Shown here: piece by piece, positions 48,058 through 59,087 of the stretch
How positions within the stretch are numbered: the stretch's first letter is position 1
Layout: each line of letters begins with the position of its first letter
Source of the DNA: Arenicellales bacterium
GTDB taxonomy: Bacteria; Pseudomonadota; Gammaproteobacteria; Arenicellales; JAJDZL01
Assembly: GCA_965219265.1 (NCBI GenBank)
Contig: OZ244730.1
Span: 3,047,767-3,111,766 of the forward strand
Length of the DNA: 64,000 bases
Direction: 5' to 3'
Translations under genes and position numbers: made by a program
The notes under the pieces: model-generated
The model's input: the letters and a program-made list of their open reading frames with translations, nothing else
Told to the model about the DNA's origin: nothing
Databases searched by the model: none

Positions 48058-50058
48058 ATGAACGTAGGCGGTTGGATTCCTGTAACACTTGGAATTCTTG
48101 GGCTGATTTCAGCATGGATTATTTTCGGTCTTGTGAAAAGATATCCAGAAGGAGAAGGCAAGGTCGTCAAAATTTCAGCCGCAATTCATAAAGGGGCTAT
48201 GGTGTTCATGCGGCGCGAATATACAATTCTTGTCGGATTCGTGATTGTAGTTGCCGTATTGATCGCAATTTCCGATCTCGGTTTGAACACCATGTATGCA
48301 TTTCTACTAGGCGCGTTCTGCTCCGGCAGCGCTGGCTATATTGGAATGTACGCAGCAACCAAATCAAATGCCAGAACCACTACGGCGGCTCATACTCAAG
48401 GCGCTTCGGAAGCATTGACGGTGGCTTTTTGCGGCGGCTCGATTATGGGCATGACTGTCGCCGCCATGGGTCTGCTCGGACTGGGGTTGCTATATCTGTT
48501 TTTTGGGTCTGACCCACATTCGGCACATGCGATTCATGGCTTCGGCATGGGTGCGTCTTCCGTTGCTCTATTCTCTCGTGTGGGTGGTGGCATCTTTACA
48601 AAAAGCGCGGACGTCGGTGCCGACTTGGTGGGCAAAATTGAAGCGGGAATACCAGAAGATGATCCTCGAAACCCCGGCGTAATTGCCGACAATGTTGGTG
48701 ACAATGTAGGCGATGTCGCAGGTATGGGATCGGATATTTTCGAATCGTACTGTGGTGCCATGATCGCAAGTATTGCGATCGCAGCTACCCTGAGCGATTC
48801 CGAACTGGGAACTCAAAACAGCCTGATGTTTCTGCCGCTGGCACTGTCTTCTGCAGGAATTCTGTGCTCTCTGGCAGGAATCATTCTGGTTCGAATTTTC
48901 ACGAGAAAATCTGCTGCAGTGGCACTCAGGGTCGGTACTGTAGGCGCCTCTGTCATATTCATTGCCGCGGCCGCGGCGGTTGTCTCCTGGGTTGGCGTAG
49001 ATATGCTAGTCTGGGGCGCAGTACTGATCGGAGCAGCCGGTGGGATCGTGATTGGCATTGTGACCGACTATTACACCAGTGGCAAACCAGTCCGGAAGAT
49101 CGCCAAAGGTGGTGAAACCGGCCCGGCGACCGTCATGATCATAGGTTTGGCAGTCGGCATGCAGTCTGTAGTCGTGCCGTTGCTGATGTTGTGCACGATC
49201 ATTTATGTTGCGAGTTCGTTCGCTGGCCTATACGGAGTGGGAATCGCAGCCGTTGGGATGTTGGCAACAGTAGGAATGACTATGGCAATTGATGCTTATG
49301 GTCCGGTTGCAGACAATGCCGGAGGCATCGCAGAGATGGCAGGACTTGGAGAAAAAACCAGAGAGATTACCGATTCTCTAGACGCATTGGGCAATACCAC
49401 AGCCGCAATCGGAAAAGGATTTGCAATTGGTGCCGCGGCACTCGCAGCGCTCGCGATCATCACTGCATACATTGAAACGGTGAGTCAAAACAATCCTGAT
49501 TTTTCATTGCAGATCAATGACCCCGTAGTTCTTACAGGAATGTTTCTCGGCGGAATATTCCCATTTCTAGTGAGCAGCATGACGATGACGGCGGTGGGTG
49601 AAGCCGCATTCGACATGATCAAGGAGATCCGACGGCAGTTCAAAGAGATTCCCGGCCTGCTTGAGGGGAATGCCGAGCCGGACACGGAACGCTGCGTGGA
49701 TATTGCCACGAAAGCTGCATTGAGACGCATGATTCCTCCTGGTGTTCTGGCTGTAGCGGCCCCCGTTGTAGTCGGATTCTCTCCACTTGGGCCCGAAGCG
49801 CTGGGCGGAATGCTTGGCGGTGCATTGATTGGATGTGTCCTGCTGGCGTTGACGATGGCCAATGCCGGTGGGGCTTGGGACAATGCCAAGAAGTATGTTG
49901 AGAGCGGAAATCTAGGCGGAAAAGGTTCGGAGGTCCATAAGGCAGTGGTGGTCGGAGATACAGTTGGCGATCCTTTCAAAGATACCTCTGGACCCTCAAT
50001 GAATATTCTGATCAACGTAATGGCGATCGTAAGTCTGGTAATCGCTCCGTTGCTATAG
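48058..50058 (+). CDS. hppA: Membrane-bound proton/sodium-translocating pyrophosphatase (K+-dependent type by the GNTTAA motif)
   Basis: 666 aa. Motifs [35 protein letters not shown] and [14 protein letters not shown]. Confidence 0.95.
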   Translation: MNVGGWIPVTLGILGLISAWIIFGLVKRYPEGEGKVVKISAAIHKGAMVFMRREYTILVGFVIVVAVLIAISDLGLNTMYAFLLGAFCSGSAGYIGMYAATKSNARTTTAAHTQGASEALTVAFCGGSIMGMTVAAMGLLGLGLLYLFFGSDPHSAHAIHGFGMGASSVALFSRVGGGIFTKSADVGADLVGKIEAGIPEDDPRNPGVIADNVGDNVGDVAGMGSDIFESYCGAMIASIAIAATLSDSELGTQNSLMFLPLALSSAGILCSLAGIILVRIFTRKSAAVALRVGTVGASVIFIAAAAAVVSWVGVDMLVWGAVLIGAAGGIVIGIVTDYYTSGKPVRKIAKGGETGPATVMIIGLAVGMQSVVVPLLMLCTIIYVASSFAGLYGVGIAAVGMLATVGMTMAIDAYGPVADNAGGIAEMAGLGEKTREITDSLDALGNTTAAIGKGFAIGAAALAALAIITAYIETVSQNNPDFSLQINDPVVLTGMFLGGIFPFLVSSMTMTAVGEAAFDMIKEIRRQFKEIPGLLEGNAEPDTERCVDIATKAALRRMIPPGVLAVAAPVVVGFSPLGPEALGGMLGGALIGCVLLALTMANAGGAWDNAKKYVESGNLGGKGSEVHKAVVVGDTVGDPFKDTSGPSMNILINVMAIVSLVIAPLL

Positions 50059-50080
50059 AGAACTCAAACTGAAAGTAATT

Positions 50081-50112
50081 CGACCGGTTGTTGATTTTGC
50101 AACAACCGGTCG
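50081..50112. terminator. 13-bp perfect hairpin between convergent hppA and the pfp operon (bidirectional terminator candidate)
   Basis: CGACCGGTTGTTG-attttg-CAACAACCGGTCG. The flanking T/A tracts are only moderate. Confidence 0.5.
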
Positions 50113-50127
50113 TTACCTTTCAACCGG

Positions 50128-50340
50128 CTATTTGTTGCCTGGGGTACTCAATACAGTACCCGGCTTGATGCCGAATACGTTTTCCAAATCGAATTCCTGA
50201 ATTAACGCGTCAGCGGCTGGAATTCCGTGCTCGCGTTGCACATCGGCGAGAATCATGCGAGTGGAATTGCGATTGTAGTAGCCACCGAATTTAACTTGCA
50301 CCTCTAGCAGTTCGCGGGCCTTGTCAATTGTCATTGCCAT
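50128..50340 (-). CDS. Small hypothetical protein co-transcribed with pfp
   Basis: 70 aa ORF starting 5 nt after the pfp stop. I recognise no motif. Confidence 0.45.
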   Translation of the reverse strand: MAMTIDKARELLEVQVKFGGYYNRNSTRMILADVQREHGIPAADALIQEFDLENVFGIKPGTVLSTPGNK

Positions 50341-50345
50341 AATTT

Positions 50346-51617
50346 TCAGTCTCCGTTTTTCCAGTTGGCGGGAAGCCTTGGGGTAATTAATTGATTCCTG
50401 AGGCGAACATACTGCGGGAGTCCATTAGCGTATGGCGGGTAGTCTTCGCCGACGATCAGAGGTGCGAGATATTGGCGCGCCTCGTCAGTAATTCCGAAAC
50501 CGTCTTCGGTAATATATTCTCGCGGCAACATTTTTTCTTGATTGGCCACCTTTGCAAGATCGGCAGCAATAATTTCCCAATGATAGGGATTGTTGGACAG
50601 CCTGCGGATTGATGGCATGAGCGCAGTGCGCCCAGCAGCTGCATATTCCACCGCAGCTTTGCCTAAGGCATAGGCTTGTTCCACATCCGTTTTTGAACTG
50701 ATGTGTCTTGCAGACCGCTGCAAATAGTCGGCTATTGCATAGTGGTGTTTCAGGCCGAGTTCATCTCGCACAATTTGTGCAACAACCGGTGCGGCCCCGC
50801 CCAGCTGAGCATGTCCGAAAGCGTCCCGCGTACCCTGTTCAGCCAGAAAACTTCCGTCTTCATAACGCGTGCCTTCCGACACTACGATGGAGACGTAGCC
50901 ATTGGCCTCAACGCTTTCTTTTACCTTTTGAACAAATCGAGCTCGGTCGAACGGGATTTCAGGAAAGAGAATTACAAGCGGAATTTCAGTAGTTGGATCA
51001 GAAGCCAGTCCTCCGGCGGCGGCAATCCAGCCTGCATGGCGTCCCATAACTTCGATGATGAACACTTTTGTTGATGTGCTCGCCATGGCTGCTACATCAA
51101 AACTCGCTTCTCGAGTGGAGGTCGCAATATATTTCGCCACCGATCCAAAGCCAGGGCAGCAGTCCGTAATTGGCAGATCGTTGTCGACGGTTTTCGGAAT
51201 ATGGTTGACGGTCATGCCGTCAATGCGCCCTTTCAATTGCTGCGCAAGTTTGAGACAGGTGTCTGCAGAGTCGCCACCGCCGTTATACAGAAAATGGCGG
51301 ATATCGTGCTGCACAAAAACATTGATGATGCGCTCGAATTCCTGGCTTTGATTTTTTGGATCCTGCAACTTGTAGCGACAGGAGCCGAAGGCTCCGGAAG
51401 GGGTGTGTCGAAGCGCCTGAATTGATTCAGGCGATTCTTGACTCGTGTCAATCAGCTGCTCGGCAAGGATACCGAGAATTCCATCTTTTGCCGCATACAC
51501 TTTATTGATTGCCTGCGGGTGTTCGCGAGCCGTTTCAATTACAGCAGCGGCGGAAGCGTTGATGACGGAAGTAACGCCACCCGATTGAGCGTAGAGAAGG
51601 TTGCCGGGCTTTGACAT
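50346..51617 (-). CDS. pfp: Pyrophosphate-dependent 6-phosphofructokinase
   Basis: PFK fold (GGVTSVINAS, GGGDS). It has PKTVDNDL with Lys where ATP-dependent enzymes have Gly, which indicates PPi dependence. Confidence 0.8.
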   Translation of the reverse strand: MSKPGNLLYAQSGGVTSVINASAAAVIETAREHPQAINKVYAAKDGILGILAEQLIDTSQESPESIQALRHTPSGAFGSCRYKLQDPKNQSQEFERIINVFVQHDIRHFLYNGGGDSADTCLKLAQQLKGRIDGMTVNHIPKTVDNDLPITDCCPGFGSVAKYIATSTREASFDVAAMASTSTKVFIIEVMGRHAGWIAAAGGLASDPTTEIPLVILFPEIPFDRARFVQKVKESVEANGYVSIVVSEGTRYEDGSFLAEQGTRDAFGHAQLGGAAPVVAQIVRDELGLKHHYAIADYLQRSARHISSKTDVEQAYALGKAAVEYAAAGRTALMPSIRRLSNNPYHWEIIAADLAKVANQEKMLPREYITEDGFGITDEARQYLAPLIVGEDYPPYANGLPQYVRLRNQLITPRLPANWKNGD

Positions 51618-51648
51618 CAGTAATGTAATTGGGAAAAGAGCACGGGAG

Positions 51649-52011
51649 TCAGTTCAGATCAGCCCCGGTCAAGCCTGAGGTGACTCCTTTCACTTCTTTG
51701 GATTGATCGGCCTGGTTCCTTAGAAGCGCAGTTATGCAATTAACGACGTCTGAAAATTCCTGCTGTGCGTCGCTGAAATGCTCGCTTGGCTGATAAAAGT
51801 AACGCCCTTCAAACCTGTCTTGCCCCATCTTTACCACGACGAAATTGCAGTCCAATGCTCTCCAATAAACCGCAGGGCGTTCTACGATTTCATTCTTTTC
51901 CTTATCAAGTTGAACCTCACAGTCGGCGAGAAATATTTCAATTTCTGCCTTGTAGCGATGGTTCAAAACCTGCTGGATTGAGTCCAATTCATTTTCAGTG
52001 TAATCAAGCAC
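51649..52011 (-). CDS. Hypothetical protein
   Basis: 120 aa ORF with a GTG start. No recognised motif. An in-frame hydrophobic stretch lies immediately upstream, so the start is uncertain. Confidence 0.4.
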   Translation of the reverse strand: MLDYTENELDSIQQVLNHRYKAEIEIFLADCEVQLDKEKNEIVERPAVYWRALDCNFVVVKMGQDRFEGRYFYQPSEHFSDAQQEFSDVVNCITALLRNQADQSKEVKGVTSGLTGADLN

Positions 52012-52176
52012 AAACCAAATTATAAAGGCAGCAGCAAACAGGCAAATAAGTGTTTTCCAATTCAGAAATGAGCCTGAAATTCAACCTCTTCAGCATAATA
52101 ATTCGATCATAAGAAATATCATCGAGTGTGCCAAGTCCCTCTCCGAGTTGAAAATAGGATGATATGCCTGTGCCCT

Positions 52177-52413
52177 TTATCCTTCTTCGATTTCCCTTTT
52201 CTCCTTTAGGCTTGAGTTCGTTGTATGATAAGAATTAGTTCTTGTGTGCGGTCCGTAAATGATCGCCGCTTCACTATCGCTGTACTGAGTCGCGAATACA
52301 TCGAGTTCTTCAATCGTTATGCCCAATTTCAAATTTTGCCCCGCATCCCGCAGCGACTTGAACTTTTCGCAGGGCGTCTTCATATCGAGAGCGTCTGTCA
52401 GTGCTAATCTCAA
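52177..52413 (-). CDS. Hypothetical small protein (weak call)
   Basis: 78 aa ORF with a non-ATG start. The internal ATG at 52383 is an alternative start. No motif recognised. Confidence 0.25.
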   Translation of the reverse strand: MRLALTDALDMKTPCEKFKSLRDAGQNLKLGITIEELDVFATQYSDSEAAIIYGPHTRTNSYHTTNSSLKEKREIEEG

Positions 52414-52498
52414 ACTTCCCCAAAGTGCTCAGTCAGCTTAGAGCGCTGACACAGATCGGGGAAAGGGGATGTTTCCTGATCCTTGTCCCGCAAGTTGT

Positions 52499-53116
52499 TC
52501 ATACGGTCGCTTCGACGATGGCATTGTAGAAATTTTTGAAGCTGGTTGAGCGGCTACACGCCGGGTCAATGTGTATTGCTATAGCTTGTGCCGCTGCAAC
52601 CTTTCTCAGTCCTTCTTTGAAATAGCCGTAGCGTTTCATGACGCGCTCGAACGATTCCCAGGTGCCTCCCTGGATTGAATCGGGATTATGGTAGGGGGCT
52701 CTATTCGGAATGTTTGGCGGTACTCTTGGAAACGCCTTGCATACCGCTTCCCAATCGCCAAAGTACCAAGCCTCCAATTCTTCAATGGCGATCCGATTGA
52801 CCACTTGCCACGGATTACCGCCGGCTCGCGAGCGGGTAATCAGCCCCGACTTGGTCGCGATGATTTCGAGTTGATTTTTCAACTCTCGGCAGTCGTCGTC
52901 ATCTCGGTCGAGCATTACCACGATTCGGTAGTTTTCAGGCATCCAATTGGAATAGCCGCGTAGACGAATTGGCAACTTTTTCAGCAGGTTGTTTTTTCCT
53001 TGAAAGGAATGGATTGCAAACGTCGATTCTCCCACCAACATGCGAGCCAATAGTGTTGTCAGAAACTCCTCCATTGAGCGTTCCTCACAAAACACTTCCA
53101 AGTGTTTGGGACTCAT
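52499..53116 (-). CDS. DUF4276-family protein (Toprim-like acidic motifs)
   Basis: [14 protein letters not shown] (conserved Glu) and [11 protein letters not shown] (acidic cluster). 205 aa. A 4-nt overlap links it to the upstream ATPase gene. Confidence 0.6.
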   Translation of the reverse strand: MSPKHLEVFCEERSMEEFLTTLLARMLVGESTFAIHSFQGKNNLLKKLPIRLRGYSNWMPENYRIVVMLDRDDDDCRELKNQLEIIATKSGLITRSRAGGNPWQVVNRIAIEELEAWYFGDWEAVCKAFPRVPPNIPNRAPYHNPDSIQGGTWESFERVMKRYGYFKEGLRKVAAAQAIAIHIDPACSRSTSFKNFYNAIVEATV

Positions 53117-54357
53117 TTCACTTGTGCATCGAGATCGGCAGTCGGGGCACCTTGGCCGGTTGATGGATCACCCACTCCAAATTGCCCCTCCATCCACAAG
53201 TCGCCGAGTTGCGCACCTGCATCTACGAATTCAGGAACGCCACACACATCGTTGACAGTTCGCGTCTGTGTGTGACCCTGTTCGTTGCGCCATAGAATGC
53301 GTACCTCCTTGGGTCGCAGGGCATCGAGAAAGTATGGCGAATGGGTCGTGACAAACAATTGGGTGCGCGTGCTGGCCTCTCGACACTCCTCGGCCAGTTC
53401 GTGGTGCAATCGCGGGTGCAGAAAGTTCTCCGGCTCCTCGATACCGATAAAAGGGGGCGGCGCTGGGTCGTACAACAGCACCAGATATGCTAACATCTTC
53501 AATGTCCCGTCGGAAGCAAAGCGTGCCAATACCGGGTTATCAAAAGGAGCATCCTTGATCTGTAGCAACAACCGACCGTCTTGCATGGTTTCTGCCATTA
53601 CGCGCTCAATGCGAGGCACTCGTCCGCGAAGTACGGAGAAGATGCTTTCAAGCTGACTTGGATGTTGTTCGCTCAGATACTGGAGGACATTGGCTAGATT
53701 ATCTCCAGTTCTGGTCAACTGATCATGCGGCCCCGCTTCCGGTTGGCCACGGGTGTTGTCAGCAGAAAGATAGGACAGATGCCAGCCCATGATGAAATCA
53801 CGCAACGCCGCCACACGGGGATGTTCTTGGAATTGTCCCAGTGCGTTGACTGCAAGCAAGTCAGCTGATTTGAGTGGGGTTTCAACCCTTTGGCCATCTC
53901 CGTCCGGTACTTCACCGCTGACCGCCTGCCCCTGCCCGCTTTGATAATCAAGAAAGAAAAATGGCGCCCCGTAAGGTTTCCGTTTCCATCTTAGCCATTC
54001 GCGGACGATCACCGGTGCGCGGTTGCGCTCGTCGACAGCAAGATGATAGGTAATGAGAGGCGTCTTCGGTTGTTCACGGTATTTAATCTCGATTGTCACT
54101 GCATCCTCGGCACCGCGAGTTTTGATTTCCCGAGCCCGCCCGCGCCGGTCCCAAGCTCGGCGAAGACCTGCCTCGAAACACTCCGCGAGAAACGCAAAAA
54201 CATCGAACACCGTGGATTTTCCGCTGCCGTTCGGACCGAGCAGTACCGTCATTGGCGTCAAGTCTCTGAACTCAACCTCTCGCAGCGCACGGAAATTTCG
54301 CACTTTGAGATACTCAATTCTGGGCGGGCCAATGGTTGGTGGTGTCGTCTGATTCAT
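53113..54357 (-). CDS. ABC/SMC-like AAA ATPase (AAA_15/AAA_21 type)
   Basis: Walker [15 protein letters not shown], Walker B/D-loop [17 protein letters not shown]-loop VTTHSP. 414 aa. Confidence 0.75.
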   Translation of the reverse strand: MNQTTPPTIGPPRIEYLKVRNFRALREVEFRDLTPMTVLLGPNGSGKSTVFDVFAFLAECFEAGLRRAWDRRGRAREIKTRGAEDAVTIEIKYREQPKTPLITYHLAVDERNRAPVIVREWLRWKRKPYGAPFFFLDYQSGQGQAVSGEVPDGDGQRVETPLKSADLLAVNALGQFQEHPRVAALRDFIMGWHLSYLSADNTRGQPEAGPHDQLTRTGDNLANVLQYLSEQHPSQLESIFSVLRGRVPRIERVMAETMQDGRLLLQIKDAPFDNPVLARFASDGTLKMLAYLVLLYDPAPPPFIGIEEPENFLHPRLHHELAEECREASTRTQLFVTTHSPYFLDALRPKEVRILWRNEQGHTQTRTVNDVCGVPEFVDAGAQLGDLWMEGQFGVGDPSTGQGAPTADLDAQVK

Positions 54358-54740
54358 CTTAAGATCTCCAACAGATTTGAGAGACGTTTTTTACGGGAAA
54401 CGTATGGCAATGCTGTTTGCTTCAGCCAGATTTTTACATTGAATGGATCAATACAATTGATGGAATTATCCTCAAAATGATTGAATTGCATCCACTTGTT
54501 CTCATAGTTTCGATACAGCTTCTTTCAGTCTCATTGTATTCATGCAGGTTGATAATGATGCAGATTTCATGGAATCATCCATGTCATGAAGCGCTCAATC
54601 AATGTCTGTCCTGACCTGAAATCTAATAACCACTTTGATCGAATTTGTTATTTAGGAGAACATCTGTCAGAGACCGCTAAATTTGTTTTACAACATTGTC
54701 CAACCTCGATCAATTTTCTTTGTTACTTTACCTTGTCGCG

Positions 54741-55197
54741 TTAATCCCCATTGCTGACTAATGCGGATAGAGGCCTGTACTTTACGCCGTCGCCTATCGC
54801 CTTGAATTTACGCAAATTATAGATATGTGAGACCGATATTCCGGGTAGCCGACAAAACCGTAGGTCTCCAAATACGCGCCACGCGCGCTCCTACAACTTC
54901 TTTACTGCCAAACCGTTGGGCGTGTCTTGAAGACAGTCCATTTCCGCTAGCAGCACTGCGTCTTCATCAATATAACGTCGAGCAAATCCTCGAACCGTGC
55001 GCTGACGCTCCTGCAATCGGCCCAAATGCATATACTGCCCGATCAGTCGGCTGGCGTGAATATCCGCTCACCTTCATCAGGTCACGGACTACCATGCCTT
55101 TGTCCGCTTTCGATAAACGTCGAAAGCAAAACTTGATCAAAGTCTGTTGCATCCATTTGTCGCGTTCATCCTTTTTAGTGGCCATGGAAAACGCCAC
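54741..55197 (-). pseudogene. N-terminal remnant of a DDE/integrase-type transposase (HTH region only; frameshift, in-frame TAG, catalytic core missing)
   Basis: MATKKDERDKWMQQTLIKFCFRRLSKADKGMVVRDLMKVSGYSRQ then a frameshift to LIGQYMHLGRLQERQRTVRGFARRYIDEDAVLLAEMDCLQDTPNGLAVKKL*ERAWRVFGDLRFCRLPGISVSHIYNLRK. This pattern is typical of the N-termini of a transposase family whose exact name I cannot fix. Confidence 0.6.
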
Positions 55198-55559
55198 TGC
55201 ATAGGTGTCTTCGGGAAAGTCGAAAAGCGGATCAACGCTCCACAGGGGTCTTTAAGTTTCATAATTGTTTTCATCCTACTTATGATGAACCCAATCAACA
55301 CCCTGTTCCAGACTCTGTTGGTGGCTAAATCGAAATCGACAAGCTCGTTTTGCACTAGAATCTTGCTGCGTCCTTCAGACATATCATGTTGGGCAATACT
55401 AATAATACATGTTGAACTTGATTTGCTATTAAAATGAAAGTTGATATTTTGTATGCCAAAAAGGTGCTGGAATTGCAACATGTTGAATTATCCTGTCTTT
55501 GCCATTCGTGATTGTATTTTGAAAATAGGCTTTGCAGAACCTGTCTTGGAAATTAAAGA

Positions 55560-56228
55560 ATGATGAGAATTGTGTTCCTTGGGCCGCCAGGTTCGGGTAA
55601 AGGAAGTCAAGCCAAGTTTGTTGTTGATCGACATGGCATCGCACACATATCCACCGGTGATTTGCTGCGCGAAGCCGTCAAAGCCGGCACCAGACTTGGC
55701 AACCAGGCCTCTGAGATCATGCAGCAAGGCAGTTTGGTTCCCGATCATCTGGTACTGAAATTAATTGACGATCACCTGGACGCAATTGATGTATCCAAGG
55801 GTTTTCTACTTGACGGATTTCCTCGAAGCATTCACCAGGCTGAGGAGCTGGATGTCATTCTCGCAACTCGTGACAGTCCGCTGAATTTTGTACTTCATTT
55901 GGCCATTGAACACGAGGCATTGGTAAAGCGGTTGTCAGGGCGAAGAACTTGCACAGTTTGCGGAAGAATCTACAACATTTATTTCAATCCTCCGATAGTA
56001 GAAGGCAGTTGCGATGATTGCGGCGAAGCCGGTGAACTGTTTCAACGAGTTGATGACAACGAAGAATCGATTAAGCACAGACTTTCAGTGTATGACACTG
56101 AAACCAAACCGCTGCTTGACAATTATAAGCAGGCTGGGCTGCTTCACTCAGTGGACGCTACAGGTTCAGTTCCCGACATCGCAGAAGAAATTAAGCGCGT
56201 CATTGATATAGAACTGAATGCCGGATAG
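55560..56228 (+). CDS. adk: Adenylate kinase (long form with Cys4 lid)
   Basis: GPPGSGKGSQA P-loop. Lid is CTVCGRIY...CDDCG. Confidence 0.95.
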   Translation: MMRIVFLGPPGSGKGSQAKFVVDRHGIAHISTGDLLREAVKAGTRLGNQASEIMQQGSLVPDHLVLKLIDDHLDAIDVSKGFLLDGFPRSIHQAEELDVILATRDSPLNFVLHLAIEHEALVKRLSGRRTCTVCGRIYNIYFNPPIVEGSCDDCGEAGELFQRVDDNEESIKHRLSVYDTETKPLLDNYKQAGLLHSVDATGSVPDIAEEIKRVIDIELNAG

Positions 56229-56270
56229 GAAGAATCGATCACTCGTCGTGGCAGATTTTCTCTGAAATGA

Positions 56271-57278
<1,008 letters not shown>

Positions 57279-57305
57279 AGCAGGGCTAAAAGGACGGGTT
57301 TTACC

Positions 57306-57677
57306 GTGGAACGCAAGACGAGACCTACCGAAATTAAACTCCACAAGCAATCCCATCTGCTTGAGATCAGTTTTGATAACGGGAATACTTTCCAGTTGGG
57401 ATGTGAATTTCTGCGCGTGTACTCGCCATCAGCGGAAGTTCAGGGTCATGGACCGGGCCAACAGGTTCTTCAATATGGCAAGGAACGAGTAAACATCTGG
57501 GCAATTGAACCGGTTGGAAACTACGCAGTTGTGCTGAAATTCGACGATGGACATGACACTGGCATCTATTCTTGGGATCTCCTGTATGAACTGGGAATCA
57601 ACCAAGAAAAATACTGGCAATCGTATCTGGACCGGTTGAAAGAAGCAGGATATCAGCGCAAGGAAACTGCACCATAG
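57306..57677 (+). CDS. DUF971-domain protein
   Basis: LEISFDNG...CEFLRVYSPSAEV...VGNYAVVLKFDDGHDTGIYSWDLLYELG. Confidence 0.75.
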   Translation: MERKTRPTEIKLHKQSHLLEISFDNGNTFQLGCEFLRVYSPSAEVQGHGPGQQVLQYGKERVNIWAIEPVGNYAVVLKFDDGHDTGIYSWDLLYELGINQEKYWQSYLDRLKEAGYQRKETAP

Positions 57678-57684
57678 GCGAGTC

Positions 57685-58446
57685 ATGTCTTTGGACAACA
57701 AGCGCGATGCATCCACGCATTTCGGTTTTCGCAAGGTAAGCGAGTCTGAAAAAGACAGCCTTGTTGGGCAGGTTTTCAGTTCGGTATCCAACCGATATGA
57801 CCTGATGAATGACTTGATGTCGTTCGGTGTACATAGAATCTGGAAGCGTCTGGCTGTCGCCTATTGCGGAATTCGTCACAACAGTCGCGTGCTGGATGTT
57901 GCGGGTGGAACTGGAGATCTAAGTCTGGCGATTGCAAAGAAGCTCGGACCCAAAGGCAGCATCGTTCTGACGGATATCAATGAGTCAATGCTGAAAGTGG
58001 GACAGGACCGGATGATTGACCAAGGCTATCTGAATCGATTGCAGTGCGTTCAGACCGATGCAGAGAATCTCGCATTTGCTGAACACAGTTTTGATTGCGT
58101 GGTTATTTCGTTCGGTCTTCGAAACGTAACTCGAATTGACAAGGCGCTGTCATCCATGTATAGAGTTGCGCGTTCAGGTGGGCGGTTGCTGATACTGGAA
58201 TTTTCAAAACCCGTCATCCCCCTGCTTGAAAAACTATATGACCAATACTCTTACAATGTTATTCCTCGCTTGGGCGAATTTGTTACTTCAGATCGTGAAA
58301 GCTATCAATATTTGGTCGAATCCATTCGAAAACACCCCAATCAGGAGAAACTTGCAGACATGATGGCAGAAGCGGGATTTGAAAGGGTTGAATATCACAA
58401 TCTAACAGGTGGAATTGTCGCACTGCACGTCGGGTGGAAAATCTAA
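57685..58446 (+). CDS. ubiE: Ubiquinone/menaquinone biosynthesis C-methyltransferase
   Basis: HFGFRKV...VFSSVSNRYDLMNDLMSFGVHRIWK, VLDVAGGTGDL. Confidence 0.95.
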   Translation: MSLDNKRDASTHFGFRKVSESEKDSLVGQVFSSVSNRYDLMNDLMSFGVHRIWKRLAVAYCGIRHNSRVLDVAGGTGDLSLAIAKKLGPKGSIVLTDINESMLKVGQDRMIDQGYLNRLQCVQTDAENLAFAEHSFDCVVISFGLRNVTRIDKALSSMYRVARSGGRLLILEFSKPVIPLLEKLYDQYSYNVIPRLGEFVTSDRESYQYLVESIRKHPNQEKLADMMAEAGFERVEYHNLTGGIVALHVGWKI

Positions 58447-58462
58447 GGCAGTAAATCTGGAT

Positions 58463-59080
58463 ATGCCAAATCCTTACACAAATTTAATTGGAGTCACATT
58501 TTCGGATGCGTTGAGTGCATCGATCAACAGCGCAGTGCAGACAAACCCTGGCTTGCAAGAGTCGCTGAATGAATTTGAGGACAAGACAGTTCTCTTACAG
58601 ATATCGGATATTCGTCATGATTTTGTGTTGACCGTACAGGACGGCATCGTATCGGTTGGCAGCGAGATTGACGGAAATGCAGATTTGACGGTTCGTGGTA
58701 CTCTCGTGAATTTCGTCAAGGCATTGACTTCTGGCAACCTGAATCCGACACAGATTGAAAACTTGGATATTGTCGGAGACATGAAATTGGCGCAGCGATT
58801 GTATGGAATATTCAGCAACACTGATTTCGATTGGGAAGAAGAGGCAGCCAAGCGAGTGGGTGATGTTCCAGCAAGGCAGCTTGGCAACCTAATGCGATGG
58901 GGCCGACAAAATGTGATAGGCAATCAGTCTCCTTTGGCGAAGAAAATTCAGAGTGTTCTGGCTGAGGAAACCTATCTTCTCCCGCCTCGTTCTCGTGTAG
59001 AGAAGTTCTTGGACAATGTCGATGAATTGCAGGCGAGTGTGGACCGCCTGTCAAAACGCACGGATCGCCTGGAAAGGTAA
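58463..59080 (+). CDS. ubiJ: Ubiquinone biosynthesis accessory factor UbiJ (SCP2 domain)
   Basis: Conserved position between ubiE and ubiB, with SCP2-like sequence. The ATG at 58463 is preferred over the track start at 58409, which overlaps ubiE. Confidence 0.75.
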   Translation: MPNPYTNLIGVTFSDALSASINSAVQTNPGLQESLNEFEDKTVLLQISDIRHDFVLTVQDGIVSVGSEIDGNADLTVRGTLVNFVKALTSGNLNPTQIENLDIVGDMKLAQRLYGIFSNTDFDWEEEAAKRVGDVPARQLGNLMRWGRQNVIGNQSPLAKKIQSVLAEETYLLPPRSRVEKFLDNVDELQASVDRLSKRTDRLER

Positions 59081-59087
59081 ACTCTGC

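Noticed and set aside
54400-54620. Possible additional gene upstream of the AAA ATPase on the minus strand.
   Set aside because: All frames are broken by stops within ~40 codons, and no motif was recognised. It is treated as promoter or IS debris.
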